NCBI GenBank assembly: GCA_040954595.2 | Contig: CM082578.2 | Coordinates: 5,748,831 to 5,812,830, forward strand | Length of the DNA: 64,000 nt | Source of the DNA: Balanoglossus misakiensis | Taxonomy: Eukaryota > Animalia > Hemichordata | Direction of reading: 5' to 3' | Part shown: positions 27,141-39,083 of the stretch, piece after piece | Layout of the letters: the number at the start of each line of letters is the position of its first letter | Position numbering within the stretch: the stretch's first letter is position 1 | Notes under the pieces: model-generated | Database searches by the model: none | What the model saw: only the letters and a program-made list of their open reading frames with translations | What the model was told of the DNA's origin: nothing | Made by a program: the position numbers and the translations under genes

Positions 27141-28571
27141 ACATAATTATCTGAAATAACGGCAAACAGGGCACCTTCCTCTGCCCGATTTTCTAATATT
27201 ACATTCTCACCAAAGTCAACCGACTTTGTTCCAAAATTATCTAGAAGGCGAGTTGGATGCTACATATATTAATTAAGCAGCAAGACTATACTATAGATTT
27301 ATCAAATATTATTCGATAAAACGACGAAGCAAACTTCTGATATTGGACACTAGTTTCGAGTTAGACAATGTTATCCGACATTATCCGTATAGAAAGGCGA
27401 GCCAGACTCAGGCTCAACTCTTCTAATTTTAGACTCTTACCTAAGACCACTTACACGACAAAATACTAATGCGCATATAGTGCCAATGGATTTCATTATC
27501 CTGTAGACAAATGACGGACAAAATCATTCCTCAAGGAAGGACTGTATTTCACATTGATGATACATGTATACAAAATGATAATATCAGACGATATGCTATG
27601 CTGCCCACAGCCAAACTTACATTTTAATACCACTCAAATAACGGACGGCGTCGAGAGATAAACGTCTTTATCATATACATATGTCCCGTTACAGATCCGA
27701 TCCGATGGGATGGACTAGTTGATTAACATTTGGGAACATGTTTGCTTCCCGCACATTTGTATGTACAGAATGTTGCGCTATCTTTATCCAAATCAAGAGG
27801 AAGATATACGGACTATAACTCACTTGGGGAAGCAAATGTTGTATAGGATTCTGATCAGAAAATATCACATGGAAACCAATTTCGTGACAAAATTTCCAGG
27901 GAAGGGAGACGCTGTTCAAGTCGTAGATTATTAATGGATGATGTTGAGAGAAAAAAAAATTATATATTATATTTCAGAAGCTTTGTATAACGTGAGGTGT
28001 TTAATGCACAGCCAGTATGAGTCCCAAAACAATGATGGCTTTTGTTCAAAGAATATTGTTAAATTGAATTTGTATTCGGTGTACATGTATATATATGCAA
28101 CTCGTGTTTCAATTACGTATGGTGCGTCTGCTTAAGGTGGTACTACAGTTTACATGGCGATTTGGCTAATGCTGACACTTATTATAGGGAACACATCACT
28201 TAGTAAAACAGTATTTTATCATCGCTCTCGTCCAATCAGAATGGCGGACGGTAGCATGATATATTATAATTAAAAGATATTTATGTATTGATGAAGCACT
28301 CAGAGATGGAATACAATGTAAACGTGACTTGAATTTGGTTCAGGATGATTCCCATGATTTGTTTAAACCTCGGTGTTCCAAGTGCTCTCATGTACTCTTT
28401 GATGAACGCCGAGAGAAAGGGACGCAAACAAATCATTAGCTTTTGTCCTCGTATGCTCTAGTTTTGATTTAGATTTTAACTTTTAGAAAGGGACTGCAAC
28501 AGTTCTCACCGAAGTCGAATCCTTTCGAATGGCATAGTGCCTGAAATTTCAGGTTTTGACTGAACTAACCC

Positions 28572-28717
28572 CATCAAAGCCGAGTTCAGAGACCCAGCCT
28601 TGTGGGAGTGTGTGGTTTGTGGGGATTTCCACGCCTTTTTCGGCGGGAAGTGCGGATTTTGAAAGATTGAAAAGAAGCCGTGTAGATAACATGCAGGACC
28701 AAGTCATGTGTGAGTCA
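28572..28717. promoter_or_regulatory. Candidate enhancer/promoter motif cluster (TCF-, NF-kB-, E2F/ETS- and AP-1-like)
   Basis: ATCAAAG (~28574), GGGGATTTCC (28621-28630), GGCGGGAAGTG (28642-28652) and TGAGTCA (28711-28717) within 150 bp. Motif match only. Confidence 0.25.
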
Positions 28718-31700
28718 ACCTGCCTGGCTGCAAAGACCCATTGTAATCTGTGTCTGGTTATATTTCAGATAAATTTCCGTGTCTCTGCTGTTTATCCTGT
28801 GCGAATAATCCAGTGCTCGTTTCCTATGCTGCTAATATACCTGAAAGCATTTCTGTGTATATTCATAACAAGAACACGTTGTAGGCGTACATCCTTGTGT
28901 CATATCTCTCGGGGATAAGAGGAAATCAGTGTAAACCAGGACGACAACGTGGATAACAACGTGTAGCGTTCAAGAGATTTGACTTTATTGCGTAAAGTGG
29001 TCGAGACCAGACCCTGGCCAGAACTACGGTCCAGCCCGATCCAGACTAAGTGACCCCCAAGCTCTGTACCGTATATATCCTTTTTTGAGAAAAATTCTAG
29101 TACTCGCTCCTGTTTATTCAGAATTTAGTAATCTGGAAAAAGGCTAGTCCCTTTGTGCCCGCGTGGGGCCTGTGCAACACAATTGTCGTTAGCCCATGGC
29201 CAAAGTGTACTGAGAAAAAAACGGAGGCGATACTTTACATTTCTGATAAAGATGTTCCCTTGTTAACGGAAAAAGAATTTTGGCTAAATGTTAGTTGTCA
29301 TCGCCAAACATTAATAATGAATTTCATGGTGGCTCGAATATTGGCCTAGTAACAGCCTGGACCCTCAGTTGAGTGTTATGACATCACTGGCAGTATGAAC
29401 TTAAACCTACTCTGGACCGGCAGTATTTAGCGAGAGGATGGGATTTACCGATATAAGGAGATTTCGAGTGTTATTTTATAGGAAAAGTGGTGCTTCTAAT
29501 TTGACGTTCGATGCTTGTTATAAACCGTGTTTGTGATCCGAATCGACGGAAAGGATTAAATTGAAAGTTCAAGCACCAACTGGAACATCCGTTAGAAAAT
29601 GACAGGCGAACGATAATTGTGAACTTCATGAAATTTGAATTGAACAAAAGCTGCTTCCCGAACTAGGTATAGTGCTACTTGACTTTGCAACGGAAGGACA
29701 GAAAACAAGTATGTGATGGTCTACTGGTTGTAAATTGAACACTACAAATCAGTAAAGGGGGAGACGATATCGACTGCGTTCGCGGTACATATATCATTGA
29801 GATTCGGCTCCAGAACTCTTGACATTGTCATCGTTTTACTGTCTACGTCATCTGCACATTTATTTTACGTTGACTTCAACATGGCTTTTGTTGACAATAT
29901 CGGTCAATACAAGTCTTACATTTTCAGATTAGTCGAAAATTGGGTCGTGAGCGTGAGTTTTATATGAAATAACCAATAAAGTCAACGTGTGGGAAGCTTT
30001 GTCTCACTGCACAGGCAACCATACTAGTCATGCAGCAATATCTTTTTGACAACAATCTTCGCTGGAGACCTGACAATGGTGACATTGCTGACATCAAACA
30101 CAACTTGCTTTGAGCTAACGTTGGAGAGTTTAAGTCATCTGACAGTTCTGTAAATTCATATCAAAACCTTCGTGCGGCTTCGTTTACAGTAATGGCACTG
30201 ATATTATCTCTTAAACTCTGTGACATATTTTCGCGGCTGGGCTGTGAAACGAAAATGAAATATCCTGCTCACGGCCCAACTTCGCCCTTTTCCGTCGGAC
30301 AATCGAACTTGGTTGTTATCTTGATGACGTAGAGAATGTAATACACTCTTCAACAGTGGCACTGTTTTTCTTTCCTGAACTCAAGAATAAATGAGCACGC
30401 CCGTTACCACCTGTCGCCAGTGTTATGGTACTGTCGTCATCTTTTCCCAAAGGGTCTTATTTCAGTGTTTTTTTTTAACAATTACTTGCGTACACTGGCT
30501 AAGTGTCTACGTGACTCCATTTCCATTTTAAATTTCATTTTATTTGAGTTTTGTTTTGTGGAAGAACACATATACTAAAAAAACGTTTTCCAATTGAATT
30601 GTCGGTTGTTTTTTATTTGATTTATTCCTTGTTTCTCTCTTCTTTTCAATTGGGGGCAACATCTTTCGTTGGGTTATAGTTTTTGGTTAGGATGAAAAGA
30701 GTAAACCTCGTCCGGCATCAACATTATGATGACCAAGTCATCACTAACAACCGAATAATCTCAACGCGAGAGTCATTGTTTAGCTAAATAGTTATCTGTT
30801 GTCACAATTTATAAACAAAAGAAAACAAAATATTTATTTAAAATAGTCGGGTAATTTTGCATAAGATCGTCTTTGATACTGAATTATGAGTTAGGTTTGT
30901 CAATCACCAATTGTTCGTATCTCGAAGTCTCTATGTCGACATCGACTACGCCATCTATTGTCCATGTGGAATATTCGTCATTCTACATTATACCTCAGTA
31001 TGAAAGTAGAATTCTTGTTGAAGATTCTCTGTTCAGATAAATGATTAAATTGTTTAAAAGGCCATATACACAATGGAGATAATTCTTATTTATGTAGGGT
31101 GGGAGCCCGTTGTGAACTATACTAGTATATATAGTTACAGGATCTAGGTCCCAGGGTCAGTGAACCCGCCTCTATAATGTTGAATGGAGAGACTTGCTGT
31201 CGTTATCATTGTATTAAGCGAAGACTGGGTTGCAATAGAAACTATTTACGATCAAATGTAAATCAATCCCCAACGAATCTCCATATCTTCAGACAACCTG
31301 TTGTCTGACCTTGGGGCACATCGCGAATGATTTCTTTCGAATCGTTGCCTCGGGAAGAAAAGGTGGTGTCAGTGGCAAATAAATAGTTTACTTAGACGAA
31401 CTGACCGAGTAAGAATATTGATGGACACTTTAAGTCATTTGTCTTCAAAATCGTGTTCATTGCGGGTATCAACTGAGAGAGAATCGAAGGTCTATGTGGA
31501 TAGACACGGCCAATTACCCATTGAACCTTTCAAGTAATTATGCGCGTCCCGGCACTATTTCTCTCAATGTCTGACCTAATTGCGTTGTTCATATTAGGAG
31601 GCTAATTCCACACGGACTCGTTATATATATAATTATCGTTATTTCTCGGTCGTCCTATTTGATCAGGTGAACCTTACGCCGCAAACCCAAGCATTGGGTC

Positions 31701-32408
31701 TGAAATGAAGCATTTCACTGAACCACCACAAGGCATCAAACGTCATCAAGGAGGGAACTTTTCGCTTTTCGGTTGAGGGGACGAACAGACATCGGCTACA
31801 CCCATGCGCAAAAATATCATGACGGAAGCAGACTATTTGACTTTTTAACAATTCGGTTATTAACCTAAGAAGGGTTGTACGGCATGGAGGAACTTGGGAA
31901 CATCTGCCTCATACTTTGTATGACATTGTCGTCCTCAACGACTTGTGGTTACTTTACCTTTCAGAATACAGGAGGGGATCAAGTCTTCTCTTCATATTTT
32001 AATAGATCATGCTCAATCCTCAAATTTGATCGCATGAAAATAGTTTTCCTCTGAATATGGGACATACATGTAGTCTCACTTGTTGAACAAAGAAGTCTTA
32101 CTGTTATTTTTACTCCCTTAATCTATTTCGTTGGACGAGTACTAAGCAATCAAATCGATGCCTTCGGGGAAGCCTTGTTTCTGCTGGTCTAGAAAATACT
32201 GACATTAACGAAGCCTTCCAACGTCTCAAGCATGATGTCATCTGATCTGAGACACATTTGATTCCTAGAAACGTCTATACGTATTGTAAGTCTTCGTCTG
32301 GGTAAACACATATTTTATTCAATATCTCATGATGTTTATGTGTGATACGACAAACATACTAGCCTAGACAGGACTTATAATTGTATCGTAATCCCGAAGT
32401 GATATCAG

Positions 32409-32737
32409 TACATACATACATACATACATACATACATACATACATACATACATACATACATACATACATACATACATACATACATGTACATACATACATA
32501 CATGTACAATACATACACACATACATACATACATACATACATACATACATACATACATACATACATACATACATACATACATACATACATACATACATAC
32601 ATACATACATACATACATACATACATACATACATACATACATACATACATACATACATACATACATACATACATACATACATACATACATACATACATAC
32701 ATACATACATACATACATACATACATACATACATACA

Positions 32738-32766
<29 letters not shown>
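32409..32766. repeat. (TACA)n microsatellite
   Basis: Seen directly, interrupted at ~32481-32520 by TACATGTA variants. Confidence 0.98.
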
Positions 32767-32768
<2 letters not shown>

Positions 32769-34549
32769 TCATTTTATAATACGATCTAATGCAACCATTT
32801 CGCATCATTGTTGTTGGATTAAATGTACATATTCACTCAAAGGTACTTTATTGTCAAAGTTTTGCAAGTCAGTTTTTCTCCAAAGCTGATAATTTTGAAT
32901 TTATTACGTACATTAGTATTCAACAGAAGGCACGCTAGGATGTAATAAGCTATCTTTATATGGTGTGCAGCTTAATGGTGACATCAGGTTGGGATATTCT
33001 CCCAAATATTACACCTCAAATGCTCGACATGGAAAACAGTAATCGTTTAACCAATACTCCTACGTGAATCGATCGTGCGTTTGAAATTTAAAAAAATCGG
33101 ATTCAGATTTCAACCTCGGCTTTTAATCACTTTTGTTCAAACACAGACGGGGAAAACGGGTAAGAACAGCTGCTGTCTGGTATAAAATGTCATCCCCTTT
33201 CACGTTTTATAAAATGCTTACCCCACTTGGGTAGTGCGTTTTCCTATACAATGTGACCTTACAGATTATTGAACAACGCAAAGGACAGCACGGGAATTTT
33301 GAGAATAAGTGTATGTGACACATCGTCGTAAACTGCGACCTCTTTACGGCAACAGTCTTGCGAGAATGATGTGAAGATTTCATGCGTTTTTAAAACTATT
33401 ATATTCATCACGGTTCATTGTAAGCTTTCATTTCTCTGTTCTCACACTGTAGGTTCATATACCGTGCCTACGTTAACTGAATGTCTGTTGTATCTGGTCT
33501 GTGTGTTGCTCGGTGTATTTGTCATCTGTTGTTTGTTGCTTGACCTAAAATTCTTTTTCTTATGATTATGCATCGATATGACTGATGATGTTATCATCAC
33601 ATTAAATGTGGCCGCAAAATTACTTTCCCTTTCACACGCTATCTCAAAGCTCAATAAAATCAACTTCCATTCATTCATTTATTCTCTCAATCAGTCATTT
33701 TCTAATAGAAAGCTTAAGAAAAACAAGTTCGACGTAGCCTTGTTTTCAATTATTCGCATTAATGGGAGCGCAGGTTTTAACAAGATAGACTAACAAAACA
33801 GTCATTATCGGCAAAATTATTTTGGAATGCAAACAAAAACTGAATGTATAGACAGCTATTCATTTTTATGAGACATAACACAATCTAATGTAAAATACAA
33901 CGTAAAAAGAGTAGCTTAATCTAGGAAAGTGAAGACAATCTTGCACGCGAATCCCTCACGTACTTAGGACACCAATCAGGTATCTTTTTTTTTCATTGCA
34001 ACATCCTGAAAGCGACTCATTTTGGTGGAAGTACTCTCAGGAAATTAGAGAGAGGATGGTATTTGAAGTAATGGCTCGCTTTTGTACCATTCGTGCTTAC
34101 ACATAGAACGCTTCCGGTTTTCAAGATGTGTTCGACTTAATCAGGTCCTACATTGGTTTATACTTGTAGTCAATGCAGTGAAAAGCCAAGACAAGCTATT
34201 CTGGTTCGTAATCTTTTGGATTACCACAATTGCCGCCCCCTTACAAGAATACCATTACGGGCAATGCAATTACTACAATGTACATGTATGCCACCTTTCA
34301 AGGTTTCACGAGACATAACATCTTTGTGGCTGTTACGTGTATGGGAATGCGCATCAGAGTATGTGATTTGCAGTATATTCCCGGTAACATCTTGAGTATC
34401 ACGTGAAATTTGCGACAACCCTTTTCACGCAAGAGTACAACGCCCGTCAGTGTTCTTAATGTCGGGTCTCCTCTAAATTTATAATATTGTCATTTTCCCG
34501 ATTTTATAGAATACTGTATGTCAATGAACTGTAAATATAAAAAGATAGA

Positions 34550-34672
34550 AAATAGGGTGTTCCAATCCTACTTTTTCACCTAGCGGGTTTAGAACATTAT
34601 CTAAAATGCTGATTATCTAAAATGCTGAGTCAGCACGTTTCTTGCACGATCAAAAATTCAGTGACATAACTA
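34550..34672. repeat. Dispersed repeat remnant related to ~40180-40440
   Basis: Both loci share AAAATGCTGAGTCAGC and an AATAGGGT/ACCCTAT motif. Here a 16-bp tandem duplication (attatctaaaatgctg)x2 is also present. Confidence 0.4.
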
Positions 34673-35786
34673 CGATTATAGACAGATAATCGGATTTATG
34701 TACAATGCAATTGTATTTTATTTTGAATGTACAGATTTGTAATCACGCTACAGTACTTTATTGTATTTTAAGCAGATAATCGGATTTATATACAGGCAAT
34801 CTCCCACAAACAGAGCAAAATGACCAGAAGTGGTTGACTTCGTATGCAGGGATATAAAATGTTTACTTAATATGTAATTAAAACAAACTTTTTGGCACGT
34901 TTTTGTTGTGGACATTTCAAGAAAATAACAATATTGCAACAGTGTTTCTCAAAATTCTACATATAGGCCTACATGAAAAAGGCTATAGAATATAAAAACC
35001 ATGCACAAAGCAGTTGAAAGTTCGTAATAGTCATGCATGGTGCACTACACATATTATCATTGTTGGCTGTACTATACATACTTCTGGAATAAAGGGACAC
35101 GGAAAATGGACTTCGATTTTTCGCCTGGCTTCCTTAATGTAATAGAGCCAAATGACAAGACTGTGGAAAGAGTGATATTGAAAAATGAAAACATCGTAGA
35201 ACGTTAACACAAAAAAACCACAAAGTTTTAACATTGGATTCTTGAAAAGGTCGAAAGAACGTTCATCGAACTGGTCACCCGTCCTCACATCATCAATTCG
35301 AAGCATGAACTTATCACTTCAGGAGGCCTTTTCAAAGAGAGTGACAAGAATAAGTACCGAAGGTAATGAAAGCATGAACCGAGTGTTCCATGCTATGCAT
35401 CCGTTTGAAGAGAGCTTTGACAAAGAAATTGGACAATAAGAAGTCATGTTGAGAACCGCTTCATATATCGGCTCTCTCGGCACGTCGGAAGGGGCAGCTG
35501 CACTTGATAATCTCTGAATATTAACCGTTTCCCCGGAGAGGATGATTGGCGATCGCAAATTGACCTGTGCGAATGTGGCTAGATCTCGCGGAAGGTGCTG
35601 ATGCATCAATCCTGCCACTTTTATACTGGGAGATAAATTTGGCTAGTGTATCATTTGAAAAATAGTATTTACCGCACTTCATATACCGTATGTTAATTAG
35701 ACAATACTGACTGACTGACTCAGTTATAAGGCTTAATGTCATTGGTCACAGCGCACCGAATACTATTTCAGAGTCCAATCAATTGC

Positions 35787-35903
35787 AAATAGACCATTTT
35801 CGAACTTCACGAGACCTTGCGAGATCTAGCGTGTACAGGCAGCTTGTACGGGAGGACATTCTCATCTGACAAAGAGCAAACCGCACTAGGCACATCGCGT
35901 TAA
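35787..35903. repeat. Dispersed repeat; diverged inverted copy at ~49828-49927
   Basis: gtacgggaggacattctcatctgacaaagagcaaac is the reverse complement of gtttgccaaatgccaaatgagaatgtcctcccatac. The ORF track shows the same pseudo-peptide CQMRMSS at both loci. Confidence 0.6.
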
Positions 35904-37114
35904 ACGGCACAAAAGTTACAATATTTGGTAACTCTGCATCTATTCTAATTTCATATATAAACAGCTTGGCTTGTATTTTTTTACCCGTTGCTACGGCAAT
36001 TAACAAAACGTCGTGACATCTCGCAGTGAACGGAAAACCGTATACTGTTGCAGACTCATTAATCCGCACGCTGTATTGCGGACGCCTGCCTTCACTGTTC
36101 ATGAGACGTGAATAGACAGGACAGGCTTGACTATTTATCTTGGCCCCATATTCATCGCAGTCTTCTTTTTGTGTGTAAATGTCACCGCCGTAAATTTAAA
36201 CTCCACAATTTCCGACGTTGTGTGCTGTCGATTAATTATTTTGTATCCCAAGGTCATAAACACACTGTAGTCTCAAATATACGGTTTTGAATATGCCCAG
36301 TATGTGAAATCGCTATGGTTTTAGATGTTGGTCGCTTATATATGTGGACAGTAGTTGTAAATGTCGTCTATTATCATGTACGGATACAGAATCGAATGTT
36401 CAAAGCATATTACATTATGGGTTTGCGTGACTTTTTCGTGTGTGGAAAGGCTGTTAATCGCCCATACAACCACGGATGGTTGCATCGCATTCTGATAGAT
36501 TACCAGCGTTGTAGCCATTTCCCGAGTAACAAAAAGGACCAATTTCCCGCTTTTGACGATGTGACACTGAATTGAGAGCTATATATTTAGATCCGGATCA
36601 CAGTGGAGCTTCTACACGGTATTAAAGTTGTCCACGAGAGTGTCCAGAGCTGCTATACTGATGGACTTTGATAATAATAATCAATTCTTTAAGTTAAATA
36701 GTGTATCTCACATGAGCCTAAGCGCGTTGTAGAACACAGCTTAAAATCAGAAAAAAATAAACCAGAATAACAAAAGGAAATTTCAGTGACAAATAAATAA
36801 TTCTAGCATCCCGAATATTTGAAGGCAGCGAGGTACAAAAAAGGAACGCCACATACTGAAAAAGCTCTCGGACCTTAAAGCCTTACGAATAACCCAGTCA
36901 GGAATTAAAGCCCTAGTATTTCTCGTGTTTATCCATTTTTCATCATCGAAAATTGCCCGTTTTTCCCGTACATTCATCAAGGAATACTACATAATGAAGA
37001 CGTAAGGAAAGGTTTGGGCAACTGTAGCTACATGCAAGCCGTATAAATAATGCCCGTAACACCTGAAATGATGCGCGGGTTTGTTTACGTTGCATTCCGT
37101 GTGTCAACAGAGCC

Positions 37115-37140
37115 TGACTTTCTGTCCGGACAGAAAGTCA
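37115..37140. repeat. Perfect 26-bp palindrome
   Basis: TGACTTTCTGTCC GGACAGAAAGTCA. Confidence 0.95.
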
Positions 37141-37369
37141 TTCTTCACTCGTTATATTGTAAATTGTATGCGTTTATGAACAGAGCTGGACATGATAACT
37201 GTTCGATTCAGTATCAATAACCATGTACTTTTAGAAATTGAAGATGCCGGTTCAAACAAAATTATGCGAAAACGAGAAATACTGTGGCTTTAAACGCAAC
37301 ATCTCACAGGATCACCGATCTCGGTCGGAACATGCAAATCCATCAAATCAAAGGTGCAACACAATCTTA

Positions 37370-37800
37370 AAAGTAATCAATACATTTTGGATTGCTACGT
37401 GCTTCAACGGGCAACCGATACCAATCGATAACAACAGCGGTATGCTGTACTGCCGGCAGACGATTGAGTTGGTCCTTTGTTATATCGTGACTGCATAGCA
37501 GACTGTTGTGATAATCTATTACTATAATCAAGTTTAAAAGTCACGAACACACGGCTAAGTTTCTGAGTGGTGGGTGTGGCAAGCAATACAGATAGTGAAT
37601 TTTCCATTCTTTGCTCTAGCGGCGCCTTGTAAAGTCAGTGTGTGCAAGAATTTGGCCCGAGGGCCGATTCTTTTGGAAACCCTACTTCACTCGCCGACTT
37701 GAAGATTTTGTAGAACAAACCTTGACATGCTGGCTGCATGCGATCTGCAAGATGTACTTCAAACAAGTCATCGTTGATGTCACGGTCGCCACTTAGTTTA
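37370..37800 (-). mobile_element. Decayed L2-clade LINE ORF2 C-terminal fragment
   Basis: Minus-strand TTQKLSRVFVTFKLDYSNRL resembles the L2 motif T.LVHAFVTSRLDYCNSL. Downstream RLPVEARSNPK resembles HWLPV..RI.FK, and upstream QHVKVCST resembles H(I/V)..VC. Frameshifted. Confidence 0.65.
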
Positions 37801-38516
37801 GAGTATCTATTTGATGATTATATAGTGCTTCCTTTTTCACACACTCTGAATGTGGTGTTGTGATATCTGTTATGGGAGTGTGTGGTATTTGGTAGTTCAT
37901 GGATATTTATATTCGTTGATTCAGTGTTATTGACGTGCTAAAATCCAAAGTAACTTATGTCAAGCTACAGTATTTGTTTTCCCCCCAATGTGTTCAGTTA
38001 GCGCTACTGCAGTAACAGCATGTTCTTTCAGAGTTGGTGTACGGCAATAATGGTGGACATCATTTTGTAACCGGACGTCAAGAATGACACAAGGTTCCTT
38101 TACAGCTGGAAATCCACCGGCAGAGTTCAGTACATGCTTGTAAACTGGTCTGATCAGTAACTGTAACAGTCTCCGAGAAATGGTTTATGTTATACAAGGA
38201 CCTGTAAAATTGGTCAGATATGGACAGGTTTCAATCATGCCTGGTGTTTACAGGAGTGTATCAAGCGATGTACTTTCTGACTGTATCCAATGATGTGGCC
38301 ACATTGCTGAAACGGTGGTGTACAAACAGTGGCGTGCATGTGTTGAATTTACAGGGCCTTTTTCGACTGTAGTTTTGGTGTGCAACAAGGCTGTTTCTAA
38401 CCACTCATTTCATATTTATATTGTGAATGACCTTGGTGACTCATAGAATAGTACGTGCCAATTATCAGGTGTTCAAATTGGCCTTTTAAAAATTATATAC
38501 CCGTTATATTTACAGA

Positions 38517-39083
38517 TGACTTGCGCTTGTTAATGATAAATTCCTCAATTTTGTCCCTGTCGCTCGGTCGACGACGCGACAACAATACCTCATCACTGCC
38601 GTAAACCGGTAAAACTAATCGTCGGTCGTTCACATTTCTACCGTCATATGAAATATTTTATGCATAGATAAAACCAAAACTTAAACTGAATTTGCCGATG
38701 GATGAGATTCAATTCGGGTGAATATAAAGTTCCACCACATACAAAGCTCCGGATATTACAATAGTATGACGTCACCCTACGGTAATATGGTGCAAACGTT
38801 ATTTTTGTTGTAACATTTCTGACGTCACGAACCGGAACTACTTTATACTAGTAAACAACGTCCTCTTCGGTAGGCAATATCAGTGTCAGGGTCGGTTTCA
38901 TTTCGATGCAAAATATAAGCAAATATAGACAAAATTTAAATACAATATTCCAAATGTAAAAATATGGACGATTAGTTTTAACTGCACTAAAACTGTCGTG
39001 ATGTCGGCGATCTGAGTCAATGTCGTTGTCGACCAAGCGACAGGTACAAAATTGATTAATTTATCATTCACCAGTGGAAGTCA
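38517..39083. mobile_element. Old fold-back MITE with ~190-bp imperfect inverted arms
   Basis: aatgataaattcctcaattttgtccctgtcgctcggtcgacgacg...taaaactaatcgtc pairs with gacgattagtttta...cgttgtcgaccaagcgacaggtacaaaattgattaatttatcatt. No TSD resolved. Confidence 0.7.

Noticed and set aside
29560-29670. CUB-domain-like peptide TIIVNFMKFELNKSC
   Set aside because: Very short, followed by an in-frame stop, and no other CUB motifs nearby.
32359-32808. MYVC/IHTY repeat ORFs
   Set aside because: (TACA)n microsatellite artefact; the same applies to the IHSF ORFs at 42170-42551.
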